A DNA stretch of 64,000 bases from Spirochaetaceae bacterium (GTDB lineage Bacteria > Spirochaetota > Spirochaetia > DSM-27196 > SKKC01). The notes beneath the pieces are model-generated. The model saw only the letters and a list, made by a program, of their open reading frames with translations, did no database searches and was not told the origin of the DNA. The stretch is from positions 12,842 to 76,841 of the forward strand of contig SKXQ01000023.1 of assembly GCA_007128315.1 (NCBI GenBank), given 5' to 3'. Below are positions 25,052 to 34,187 of the stretch, piece by piece. The stretch's first letter is position 1. Each line of letters opens with the position of its first letter. The translations under genes and the position numbers were made by a program.

Positions 25052-26644
25052 ATGCTCTGGAAGAACGTGAACAATACACAGGATACACTGCTTTACAATG
25101 CACGGATCGGCTCGGACAACGACGCGCTTCTGATGCAGGGTGGCCGAATCACCTGGGTCGGCAGGGCCGGAGAGCAGGGAAGCCGCTGCAGCAGCAACGG
25201 ACAGCCCGATGACGCCCGCATCCTGCCAAGGAACATGCGTGGACGCCGGCTGCTCCCGGGCTTCCACGACAACCACGTGCACGCGCTGACTCTCGGCGAT
25301 CTTGCCGGACGCCCCGATCTGACCGGTCTTGATGAAGCCGCAATCCGACGCGTGGTTTACGAAGCAATCGTCTCGGAAGGAAACAGCCGCGAGCCCTTCC
25401 TTGCCTTCGGATGGGACTATCCGGGATGGCCCGATCCCCACAGGCGGGTCCTGGACGAAGTTGCAGGCGACCGACCGGTTGCGCTCTTTCAGTTTTCGGG
25501 GCACGGCGCCTGTGTCAACACGGCAATGCTCAAAGTCCTCAAAATCGATGATAGAACCCCGGATCCCGCCGGCGGGGTCATTGTTCGCGACAGCGCCGGT
25601 TCTCCGACAGGTGTGCTTCGGGACGCCGCGGCTAACCCTATACATCAGAAGCGGTTCTTCAGGCTGAACATGAACCGCGCCGGCATCCGCACGCGCTTTC
25701 TCAAGGCTTTTGAGATCTTTAACCGGCACGGAATCACGAGCATCGGCGACAACACATGGCTCGTACCGAGTGTCTGGGTCCTGAATCGCATGCGACGACG
25801 AGGTGAACTGACCTGCCGCGTACACAGCTGGCCCTACGGCGCGAGCCGAATGGCTGCCCGCACCATGGCGCTCGCCCGCTACGACGGTGCATTGCTGCGC
25901 CGCGGTCCGTGGAAGTACTTCCTGGACGGTGCATTTTCGACACATACGGCGTGGCTGTGCGAAGCCTATGAGAACGATGCGGGGAACGTCGGCACGCCGG
26001 TCCTTCATGGCGATCAGCTGAGGTCGGTTCTCGGATATCTGACCCGAAGCGGCCGATCCGGCGCGTTTCACGCCATCGGCGATCGGGCAGTGAAGGAGTT
26101 TCTGGACAGTTCCGAAGCAACGGCCGCATCCGATCCCGACCGGTTTCGCTCACTAAGGCACAGACTCGAACACGTGCAGATCGTACAGCAGACAGATATC
26201 CCGCGTTTCGCGGGAACCGGGGTGCTGGTTGCCGCCCAGCCACACGCGATCGGTGACATGGAAAAAGATATCCGGCTGATTGGCGAAATCCGTGCCCGAC
26301 AGGCGTATCCCTATCGTTCGTTGCTCGATGCGGGAGCGGCCCTTTCCTTCGGTTCAGACGCCCCTGCCGAGCCCACCCTTGCGCCGCTGGAGGGCATACA
26401 CAAGGCGGTGAACCGGGATTCAGATCAACGGGTGTCGGTCGAGGAAGCGATACGCTGCTACACCGAGGGCAGTGCGTATGCGGAGGGCAGTGAACAATGG
26501 AAAGGCAGACTCGAGCCGGGGTATGCTGCCGATATTGTTGCGCTGAGTGAGGACATTTACGCGGTGCCGGCAGAAGCGATCCGGACTATCAAGGTTGACG
26601 AGACGATCCTGAACGGCAGGGTGGTCTTTAGCAGGGTATCCTGA
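25052..26644 (+). CDS. Metal-dependent amidohydrolase (Amidohydro_3 / YtcJ-like)
   Basis: LLPGFHDNHVHA metal-binding HxH, a later HAIGD, LEHVQ and GSDAP motifs. Start moved to ATG 25052. Confidence 0.8.
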   Translation: MLWKNVNNTQDTLLYNARIGSDNDALLMQGGRITWVGRAGEQGSRCSSNGQPDDARILPRNMRGRRLLPGFHDNHVHALTLGDLAGRPDLTGLDEAAIRRVVYEAIVSEGNSREPFLAFGWDYPGWPDPHRRVLDEVAGDRPVALFQFSGHGACVNTAMLKVLKIDDRTPDPAGGVIVRDSAGSPTGVLRDAAANPIHQKRFFRLNMNRAGIRTRFLKAFEIFNRHGITSIGDNTWLVPSVWVLNRMRRRGELTCRVHSWPYGASRMAARTMALARYDGALLRRGPWKYFLDGAFSTHTAWLCEAYENDAGNVGTPVLHGDQLRSVLGYLTRSGRSGAFHAIGDRAVKEFLDSSEATAASDPDRFRSLRHRLEHVQIVQQTDIPRFAGTGVLVAAQPHAIGDMEKDIRLIGEIRARQAYPYRSLLDAGAALSFGSDAPAEPTLAPLEGIHKAVNRDSDQRVSVEEAIRCYTEGSAYAEGSEQWKGRLEPGYAADIVALSEDIYAVPAEAIRTIKVDETILNGRVVFSRVS

Positions 26645-27486
26645 TGAACGCGCTTGCAGCGGAGATACGACGAAGAAAGCTTCTTGCTCTCACACGAACG
26701 GTGGTTCTTGGGGTTCTCATTGCACTGCCATTCATACTGATCGGCCGAACGGTCCTCGGCGCTGCCGGATTCGTCGCCCTCGGGGTCGGCATATGGTTTC
26801 TTTCGCTGAACGCCGGCCGCATGAGCGTCTCAACAATGATCGCCGGAGCGACACCGCTCCGATATTACGAGGCTCCGCAGCTTCACGAAATCATCGGCGC
26901 TCTGAGTACGCGCGCGGGCCTCACCAGTGTGCCCATGCTCTACTACATACGAAGCCGAACGCCGAACGCGGCTACGATCGGCCGAAAGGATGAACCGGTG
27001 ATTGTCGTCACCGAGGGCCTGCTCGATACGCTGTCGGTGCGTGAAGTGACCGGAGTACTGGCCCACGAGATCGCACACATACGCAACAATGACCTGCAGG
27101 TCTTCGTGTTCGCCGAAATCATGAAACAGCTCACCATAGCCCTGTCTCGATTCGTGTGGTTCCTCCTCATTATACAGCTGCCATTCGTGTTCTTCTCCAG
27201 GTTCATGGTTTCGATCGATCTTCTTCTCTGGCTTGCGGCGGCCCCGATTCTGGTTTTCGTGATTCAGCTTGCCCTGCTGCGGACGAGAGAATTCGCGGCA
27301 GACCTGGGCGCTGCCGAACTCACCGGTGATCCCGAAGGTCTCGCATCGGCGCTGTACCGGGTCTCCAACCCGACGCGAAACGTACTCGGTATGCTGTTTC
27401 CGGTCCCTCAGCGTCCGGAGAGTTCGGTCTTTCGCACCCATCCCGCGGTGGAAACCCGGATGCGACGGCTTCTGGAGCTGGGCTGA
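26644..27486 (+). CDS. htpX: M48-family zinc metalloprotease, HtpX-like
   Basis: HEIAHIRNND (HExxH), 4 TM helices, downstream EFAAD glutamate motif. TGATG overlap with the amidohydrolase stop. Confidence 0.8.
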   Translation: MNALAAEIRRRKLLALTRTVVLGVLIALPFILIGRTVLGAAGFVALGVGIWFLSLNAGRMSVSTMIAGATPLRYYEAPQLHEIIGALSTRAGLTSVPMLYYIRSRTPNAATIGRKDEPVIVVTEGLLDTLSVREVTGVLAHEIAHIRNNDLQVFVFAEIMKQLTIALSRFVWFLLIIQLPFVFFSRFMVSIDLLLWLAAAPILVFVIQLALLRTREFAADLGAAELTGDPEGLASALYRVSNPTRNVLGMLFPVPQRPESSVFRTHPAVETRMRRLLELG

Positions 27487-27524
27487 CAGACAGGTACATG
27501 ACACACGGGGCATGAAGGACTACA

Positions 27525-29954
27525 ATGCGCAGCTGGAAGTCAAGTGTGGGTTCAAGAGTCAAACAAGCGGTCGGTTCGATACGTGAAACCCGTGATCTGA
27601 GACGTTTTCTCGATGTAGTGGCCTCAGCGTCCATGCCCAGGGTCATAGCTGTCGCGGGAGTAGGGCTTCTCGTATACGCAGCCATTGTTCCGTCAATCCT
27701 TTATGTCAGTGCGACCCACGTTTTCTTCTGGCTCCCGCTGCTCGGCAGCGCGTCGTGTTTTGCCTTGTGGCTGGGACGACGCATGGGTCTTCTGCAACGG
27801 CTGCATGTGCACCGGCTCGCCTTTGCCGTCCTCGTAATCGTAAGCGTGAACATCGCGACTCCGCTGTATATACTGGGCGAGCCGGGGTACTTTATCGCGG
27901 TTGCGCTCCTGGTAGTCGTCGTTGCCATCGTGTTTCTCAGAAGCAAGTGGTACTGGATAGCGATGGTGTTCACAGTCACCGTATCCACCGGAGCCATCGC
28001 TACGCACCGGGCGGATCTGTCGAGCGCCGCCGAGCTGTGGCTGTTCATGGCCATAGTCGTCAGTGTGTCGCTCCACCGGGTGCTCTCGCGCAACTTCAGC
28101 TGGCTCGGAACGCAACGACATCTTCTCAAGGCAGCTGCCGGAGATGCCGAACGGGGACGCGAGCGATTGCGGATCTCCGAAGGGTTTGCAAACGCGGTCA
28201 GCACTATTTCGGCCCGCCTCATCAATCTGGAGATCGAACGCATAGACGAGCAAATCGATCAGGCACTCGGTATTATCGCCCGGTATTGTGACGTTGACCG
28301 ATGCAGCGTCTACATGGTCGACGATCGCGCCGGGGTCATGCGGAACGCTCACGAATGGCACACCCCCGGGGTCAAGACGCTCAAGCAGCTGTTCGACGGC
28401 GTTGTACCGCTTGACGCTTTTCCGTGGATCAGACGAAGACTGCAGCTGCTTGAAACGGTCGAACTGTCATCCATAGAAGACCTGCCGGATGAGGCTGTCG
28501 CAGAGCGGGAACTCGTGCGTCAGCTCGGCATCAAGAGCCTCCTACTGGTCCCTATTTCGAACGAAGGTCACATCAAGGGCTTTTTCGAGCTCTCGAACAC
28601 CCGCGATGAAGTGCACTGGAACCAGTCCTTTCGCAATATTCTGCAGATCGCCGCGCAGAGCTTCTCGAACGCGCTCGTACGAAAAGATATGGAACAGCGC
28701 CTCCGGGATCATATCGCCCAGCGCCGGGAAGCAGAACGCCGTGCCGAGAAACTGCGTCGCATGGAAGCCGAAATGGGTTCGCGAATACAGCGAACGCTGC
28801 TCTTCGGCGACATCCCGAAAGACACCTGGCCGCTTCAGGTCCACGCATCGACAAAGCCAAGCAGGAGTGTAGACGGCGACTTTTTTGAGTTTATTACCGC
28901 CGAACCGGGTCTGGATGTCCTCATTGGTGACGTCATGGGCAAGGGCACCCCGGCAGCGCTGGTCGCTGCCGCGGCGAAGTCGCGATTCTGGCAGGCGATC
29001 GTCGGGCTGCAGGCCGACGCTGCGTCGAAGAACAGGCCATCCCCGTCACAGATCGTAGAAGCCGTATCCCGCGCAATGAGTGGAGAGCTGCTGGAACTGA
29101 ACACCTTCTTCACCCTTTCCTATACGCGTTTCGACGTCGATTCGGCTATCTGCCGCGTCGTGGACTGCGGACACCCGCCCCTGCTCCGTTATCGACGCAG
29201 TGCCGGACGATTCGAGTGGCTCAGAGGGGTAAACCTGCCGGTTGGCATGCACGAGTCTGAGGTGTACAAGGAGCTTGTACTCCCATTGGAGGCAGGTGAC
29301 ATTTTTATCGCGTACTCCGACGGCGTCACCGAAGCCGAGTCGGTCACCGGCGAACAGTACGGCTACTTGCGACTTGTCAGCACAGTGGAACTTGCCCTTG
29401 CGGACGGCTGTGCGCAGAGTATTGTGAACGCCATCGAGCGGTCTGTGGAGGACTTCAGCGGTGACATCGGTCCGGGGGATGACGTCACCTGCGCCGTGAC
29501 CTGCATCGCAGACGATTTCGTCCCGTCCCCGTTTCTCGCCGATGTCACCATGACGATTGATACCGCTGATACTGAAAGCGGGACCGTCGAGGCGGATGTG
29601 CGGAAGATTCTCCACAGGCTTACGGCCGAACACGCCCTGCACATAGCGGTTGAACGCATAGAAAAAGGCTTGAGCGCCGCGCTGTCGAACATCTCGCAGC
29701 ACGCCTACGAGGGCAGTGATTCAGGCGATATTGATATCTCATTGCGCGCCTGCGAAAACTACGTCATGCTGAGAATTACGCATCACGGTCGGCCGTTTGA
29801 TCCTGCGTCGCACATACGCGGTGGCCGACTCGTACACGGAGACGGATCAGGACTGCAGGTGATGGATCAGAGCTTTGACTCGGTCACATACACGTACTCG
29901 GAGAACGGCAATCAGCATCTTTATCTGACAAGCTATTGCACGGGGGCTTTTTAG
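27525..29954 (+). CDS. Membrane sensor with GAF domain, PP2C/SpoIIE phosphatase domain and C-terminal RsbW-like HATPase domain
   Basis: About 5 N-terminal TM helices and a GAF-like region. PP2C motifs VDGDFFEF, GDVMGKGTPAA and YSDGVTEA. C-terminal SNISQHAYEG...ITHHGRPFDP (anti-sigma-kinase-type ATPase). Confidence 0.8.
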   Translation: MRSWKSSVGSRVKQAVGSIRETRDLRRFLDVVASASMPRVIAVAGVGLLVYAAIVPSILYVSATHVFFWLPLLGSASCFALWLGRRMGLLQRLHVHRLAFAVLVIVSVNIATPLYILGEPGYFIAVALLVVVVAIVFLRSKWYWIAMVFTVTVSTGAIATHRADLSSAAELWLFMAIVVSVSLHRVLSRNFSWLGTQRHLLKAAAGDAERGRERLRISEGFANAVSTISARLINLEIERIDEQIDQALGIIARYCDVDRCSVYMVDDRAGVMRNAHEWHTPGVKTLKQLFDGVVPLDAFPWIRRRLQLLETVELSSIEDLPDEAVAERELVRQLGIKSLLLVPISNEGHIKGFFELSNTRDEVHWNQSFRNILQIAAQSFSNALVRKDMEQRLRDHIAQRREAERRAEKLRRMEAEMGSRIQRTLLFGDIPKDTWPLQVHASTKPSRSVDGDFFEFITAEPGLDVLIGDVMGKGTPAALVAAAAKSRFWQAIVGLQADAASKNRPSPSQIVEAVSRAMSGELLELNTFFTLSYTRFDVDSAICRVVDCGHPPLLRYRRSAGRFEWLRGVNLPVGMHESEVYKELVLPLEAGDIFIAYSDGVTEAESVTGEQYGYLRLVSTVELALADGCAQSIVNAIERSVEDFSGDIGPGDDVTCAVTCIADDFVPSPFLADVTMTIDTADTESGTVEADVRKILHRLTAEHALHIAVERIEKGLSAALSNISQHAYEGSDSGDIDISLRACENYVMLRITHHGRPFDPASHIRGGRLVHGDGSGLQVMDQSFDSVTYTYSENGNQHLYLTSYCTGAF

Positions 29955-29955
29955 A

Positions 29956-31797
29956 GTGGCACTGACCGCACATCTGTCGGGGCAGGACGGAACGGATCCG
30001 GAGCGGATCGCCGTCGCCGAATCAGCAGCGCAGAGGCTGAATATCCCGCTGGAAGACGCACTGATCGTCTACGGAGGGTTCGATCCTGACGTGGTGATGC
30101 GAGCGCACGCGCGGGAACTTGGGCTTCGTTACGCTTCCGATCCTCTTTCATCGCTTATTCCCGGTATAGACTATGCAGTTGCCAGGCACACGGGATGGCG
30201 TTCTGCGCTTCGTGTTAACGCGCTCCCCCTGTACCGCGAAGGAAACCGGCTCACCGTTCTGACCTCACGCGCGAACAACAGGTCAGCAGCGAATCATTTT
30301 GCCGAGGTATTCGGTATAGATGAGATTACTGAGGTACTCACACCTCGATCGGCGTTCATACAGGCGGTGCAGGGCGTGTTTTCGCAGGAGCTCGGTCAGG
30401 AAGCGGTATCCACACATATGCGTAAACGACCGAGCGAAAGCGCCAGAACTGTGCTCAGTCGCGGCCAGATCGTGACCATTCTGGTCCTGACGGGTATAGC
30501 GGCAGCGGGTCTGCCAGCTATAGGACCAGTCCTGCCAAGAGCCGTCCTCTTGCTCTGCTCGGCAATATACGTCGGCGTGATCGGCTTCCGCTTTTTTCTG
30601 AGCGCTTCCGGCAATCTCGAAAACACTGTGGTAGACGTCTCCCCGGATGAGGCGAACGAACGCCCGGACGCGGATCTTCCGGTGTATTCTATTCTGCTTC
30701 CGCTGTACCGGGAGCCGGTGGCGGCAGGGCAGCTCGTGGAGGCCATACGACGCCTCGATTACCCCGAGCATAAGCTTGATGTACTCGTACTGCTCGAAGA
30801 CGACGACGAACCGACACTATCAGCAATTCAGTCATTACCGGTACCGGAGTACTGGACTGTCCTCCGCATCCCGGCCGCGTATCCGCGCACCAAGGCGCGT
30901 GCGTGTAACTATGGACTTCATTTCGCACGAGGTACGTTCTGTGTCGTGTACGATGCGGAAGACGTACCGGATCGCGATCAGTTGCGAAAAACGGTAGCCG
31001 CATTCGCACGTTCGAGCTCGGCGACCATGTGTTTTCAGTCGCTGCTCCGATACACGGGGACCAACCGTAATATTCTCACGCGCCTTTTTTCCATGGAGTA
31101 CCACTATCTATTCGACTTCATGACTCCCGGCCTGTATTCCATGTCATTGCCGGTGCCGATCGTCGGCAGCAGCAATCACTTTAATGCCGACAAACTCCGC
31201 GCGCTCGGGGGATGGGATCCGTACAATACAACAGAGCACATAGACCTTGGCATGCGTATCGCTGTCGAAAGCCAGAGCGTAGGAGTACTCAGAAGCACAA
31301 CCTACGAGGAAGCAAACGGGGAAGTATGGAACTGGGTTCGACAGAGAACGCGTCGGCTCAAAGGGCAGCTTCACACCTTTCTCATCTACAACCGCAATCC
31401 GCTCAGGACTCTCCGGAATCTTGGCCTTCGGGGATGGCTGGGTTTCATGCTGTTTGTCGGTGGCACGCCTCTGGTGTACTTGACGGCTCCTGTTCTCTGG
31501 CTCGTCGTGATCCTTGGCCTGCTTCCGCAGGCAGGAATCGTACGTACAGTCATTACCCCGCTGGTCATGTACCTTTCGCTCAGTTCACTGATGATCGGTC
31601 ACGTCATCTCTGTCTATATGCTGATGCTCGGGTCATTTCATCGAAGACAATACCGGCTTATTCCCTACTCGCTCCTGACGCCTCCGTATCAGATGCTCCA
31701 CTCAATTGCGGCCTGGCGGGCGCTCTGGCAGCTGTTCCGGCGGCCTCACTTCTGGGACAAGACCGACCATGATGCGGCAAGCGGGCCCCTACCATGA
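29956..31797 (+). CDS. Membrane glycosyltransferase family 2 (synthase-like) with N-terminal T2SSE_N (GspE N-terminal) domain
   Basis: GTG start 1 nt after the upstream stop. T2SSE_N-like ARELGLRYASD...ALPLYREGNRLTVLTSRANN...EVLTPRSAFIQAV. GT2 motifs YSILLPLYRE, LLEDDDE, YDAEDV, TEHIDLG and QRTRRLKG. TM helices flank the catalytic domain. Confidence 0.8.
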   Translation: MALTAHLSGQDGTDPERIAVAESAAQRLNIPLEDALIVYGGFDPDVVMRAHARELGLRYASDPLSSLIPGIDYAVARHTGWRSALRVNALPLYREGNRLTVLTSRANNRSAANHFAEVFGIDEITEVLTPRSAFIQAVQGVFSQELGQEAVSTHMRKRPSESARTVLSRGQIVTILVLTGIAAAGLPAIGPVLPRAVLLLCSAIYVGVIGFRFFLSASGNLENTVVDVSPDEANERPDADLPVYSILLPLYREPVAAGQLVEAIRRLDYPEHKLDVLVLLEDDDEPTLSAIQSLPVPEYWTVLRIPAAYPRTKARACNYGLHFARGTFCVVYDAEDVPDRDQLRKTVAAFARSSSATMCFQSLLRYTGTNRNILTRLFSMEYHYLFDFMTPGLYSMSLPVPIVGSSNHFNADKLRALGGWDPYNTTEHIDLGMRIAVESQSVGVLRSTTYEEANGEVWNWVRQRTRRLKGQLHTFLIYNRNPLRTLRNLGLRGWLGFMLFVGGTPLVYLTAPVLWLVVILGLLPQAGIVRTVITPLVMYLSLSSLMIGHVISVYMLMLGSFHRRQYRLIPYSLLTPPYQMLHSIAAWRALWQLFRRPHFWDKTDHDAASGPLP

Positions 31798-33155
31798 ATC
31801 GTGCACGTACCGCAATCTTTCCCGTCATACCGAATCGACGACGGTTCTTCAGTCTCGTTCTCGTGCTCATTCCACTGATTACGATCGCCGGTTATACGGC
31901 CATGCACTTCGGCTACTATCCCGTGAGACTTCTGCAGCTCGCCGGGCTCGCCCGCATCGGTACATCGAGCTCGGTCATACAGCAGAATGAAGTACTCCCG
32001 GTTTCACCTCCCCTTTCGTTTCTTCTATTTCTTCTGTTTCGTAATCCCATGCTGATTTCGGGACTGATCGGCGCTGTGCTGATCGGATATCTGGTTTACT
32101 ACGTCACATCCTACCCGCACGCTCCACTTCTCAAGACCGTTCTTGTCGCGTACATCCTGTTCTCACCGTCGATGCTTCTACTGGTGCTGTTCGAGACGGA
32201 GTGGGCAGCCTTTCTTACGCTGGGGTTTTTTGCCAATTACTTCGTTCTTGAGTTTTATCGTCAGGAGCACAGTTTTTTTCTGTTTATGTGTGGCCTCTGC
32301 ATCGGAGCCATGTACCTGATCGTACCGGAAATCCTGCTCTTCATACCATTCCTTGTGCTCGGACTCGGCTTCATTTTTCGAAAACTCGGCCGCACACTGA
32401 TTTACTCCGCAGTTCTTCTGTTTCCGGTCCTCTCCGCAGCGCTACTGTGGCCAATCGTCGAGTGGTTCATCAGTGGCCTTTTCATTAACCCGTTCCCCCG
32501 CTTCTTTCTGCCAGCAGACGTCGACTACATCGTTGCGAGTGTCCGCGAGAGCGGAGCAGTGCTTGCCGGCTACGTGATTCTTGCAGTGCTGAGTCTGCGA
32601 ACCGGAAGCACCATGTTTCGACCGGCCTATGCCATTCTCGGGGTCCCTCTGCTTCTGCTGATCAACGGACTTCTCTGGCTTCGACCCGTGCCCATCATTG
32701 TGCAGGTGCCGCTAATCATGGTGAATGTCGTAATTCTCTACCCCTATCTGGACATGATGCTGCCGCGCCGTATTCTCAGAACCGTGGTAATCGCTCTGAC
32801 TGTGGTCGCGTTCGTATCGGGTACCCGTACGCTGATTCGACCGCCCGACTCGTTCCCTGCGGAGGTAAGCGCCGTGGTTCGCGGCGAAGATGGAAACGTG
32901 GCCGAGTTCAAACTGATCGCCGAACAGATTGAAGATGGTGATGTGCTTTTCGTTCCCGGCAGTGTGCACCTCGCCTGGTTCATGAGTCATATACCGACAG
33001 AATCGCTTCACTATCAGCGCTTCGCCGGTCAGGCTGTCCCGGAAGAGGTGCGATGGATTATCCTGGAGTTACCGACACACGAGCCATCCGGCATTTCAAG
33101 CTTTATCGAACGATTCCGGACCGATCACTATCGGGTGCTCGAACGCCGGTTATAA
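31794..33155 (+). CDS. Hypothetical polytopic membrane protein (about 9-10 TM) with C-terminal soluble domain, coupled to the GT2 gene
   Basis: ATGA overlap with the GT2 stop. Highly hydrophobic for about 330 aa, then a roughly 110-aa soluble tail. No motif I recognise. Confidence 0.6.
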   Translation: MNRARTAIFPVIPNRRRFFSLVLVLIPLITIAGYTAMHFGYYPVRLLQLAGLARIGTSSSVIQQNEVLPVSPPLSFLLFLLFRNPMLISGLIGAVLIGYLVYYVTSYPHAPLLKTVLVAYILFSPSMLLLVLFETEWAAFLTLGFFANYFVLEFYRQEHSFFLFMCGLCIGAMYLIVPEILLFIPFLVLGLGFIFRKLGRTLIYSAVLLFPVLSAALLWPIVEWFISGLFINPFPRFFLPADVDYIVASVRESGAVLAGYVILAVLSLRTGSTMFRPAYAILGVPLLLLINGLLWLRPVPIIVQVPLIMVNVVILYPYLDMMLPRRILRTVVIALTVVAFVSGTRTLIRPPDSFPAEVSAVVRGEDGNVAEFKLIAEQIEDGDVLFVPGSVHLAWFMSHIPTESLHYQRFAGQAVPEEVRWIILELPTHEPSGISSFIERFRTDHYRVLERRL

Positions 33156-33179
33156 TCCACATCTGATCAAGGAGATACC

Positions 33180-34148
33180 GTGGGACTGATTGCAGTACTC
33201 GAAGAGCGATACAAGAGTCACGAGGTGGAACGCGCAGTCATTGAAAATGCGGGCCACCACATGATCGAACTCCAGGTGAATGATGCAGACTGGCTCGCAC
33301 GAGCGAAGAAAGCCGATGCGCTGCTCGTCAATCTGACCACGATCGGCGAACACGAGCTTTCGAAGCTGCACGCCTGCCGCGCTATTTCCCGCTACGGTGT
33401 CGGATACGATAACGTAGACAGTATTGCAGCGGCAAAGCACGGAATTGCCGTTATCACGCAACCTGCCGTTACCGTCGAAGAGGTCAGCGATCATGCCCTC
33501 GGGCTCTGGCTCGCGTGCATGCGCCAGATCAGCAGCCGGGATACCCTTGTCCGTGACGGCGGGTGGAACGTCGAAACCCCGGCGTCAACGCGGAGAGTTG
33601 CCGGCTCCACATTCGGCATTGTCGGCTTCGGTCGCACAGGGAGATCGCTCGCCCGTAAACTGTCCGGCTTCCAGCTTGACCGCATCGTCGTTTACGATCA
33701 TCACGTCCCCGATGTTGAAGTCCGGGCCGCGCAATGTGAGCCGGTATCCTTCGACGAACTGCTCTCTGTTTCCGATACCGTGAGTATTCACGTTACTCTG
33801 AACAACAAGTCCCGGTACATGTTCTCCCGGGACGTTCTGTTTCGTATGAAGCGGGGCGCCTGCCTCGTGAATACCTCGCGTGGTGGAATTCTCGATGAGG
33901 CAGCACTCGCGGATGCGCTCGCAGCAGGACACCTGCATTCTGCGGGACTTGACGTGTTCCTGAGAGAGAACCCGGCTCAGTCCCCTCTCCTGTCGCAGCC
34001 GACGGCGGTCCTATCCGACCACTCTGCCTGGTATTCGGTACAGGGGCAGGTAGAGCTGCAACGCACAACGGCCGAGAGCGCTGTGCGGTATCTGCATGGG
34101 GACCGGAGCCTCTCAATTGTAAACCAGGACCTTCTCCAGATCGGATGA
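33180..34148 (+). CDS. D-isomer-specific 2-hydroxyacid dehydrogenase family protein
   Basis: GTG start after AAGGAG. NAD fold GIVGFGRTGRSLARKL, NTSRGGILDE, and the catalytic region HSAW. Confidence 0.8.
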   Translation: MGLIAVLEERYKSHEVERAVIENAGHHMIELQVNDADWLARAKKADALLVNLTTIGEHELSKLHACRAISRYGVGYDNVDSIAAAKHGIAVITQPAVTVEEVSDHALGLWLACMRQISSRDTLVRDGGWNVETPASTRRVAGSTFGIVGFGRTGRSLARKLSGFQLDRIVVYDHHVPDVEVRAAQCEPVSFDELLSVSDTVSIHVTLNNKSRYMFSRDVLFRMKRGACLVNTSRGGILDEAALADALAAGHLHSAGLDVFLRENPAQSPLLSQPTAVLSDHSAWYSVQGQVELQRTTAESAVRYLHGDRSLSIVNQDLLQIG

Positions 34149-34187
34149 GCTTGCCAGAACTCTGAAAGAAACCGTATTTTTCCATGT

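Noticed and set aside
24848-26071. 407-aa minus-strand ORF antisense to the amidohydrolase gene
   Set aside because: The opposite-strand gene has clear metal-dependent hydrolase motifs. This translation is low-complexity (Arg/Ala/Pro/Gly) with no recognisable domain.
30031-30120. Possible MshEN-type cyclic-di-GMP binding motif (RLGxxLLxxGLIxxxxLxxxLxxQ) at the N-terminus of the GT2
   Set aside because: The local sequence RLNIPLEDALIVYGGFDPDVVMRAHARE fails the motif as I remember it at the Gly and several hydrophobic positions. I keep only the weaker statement that the domain is T2SSE_N-like.
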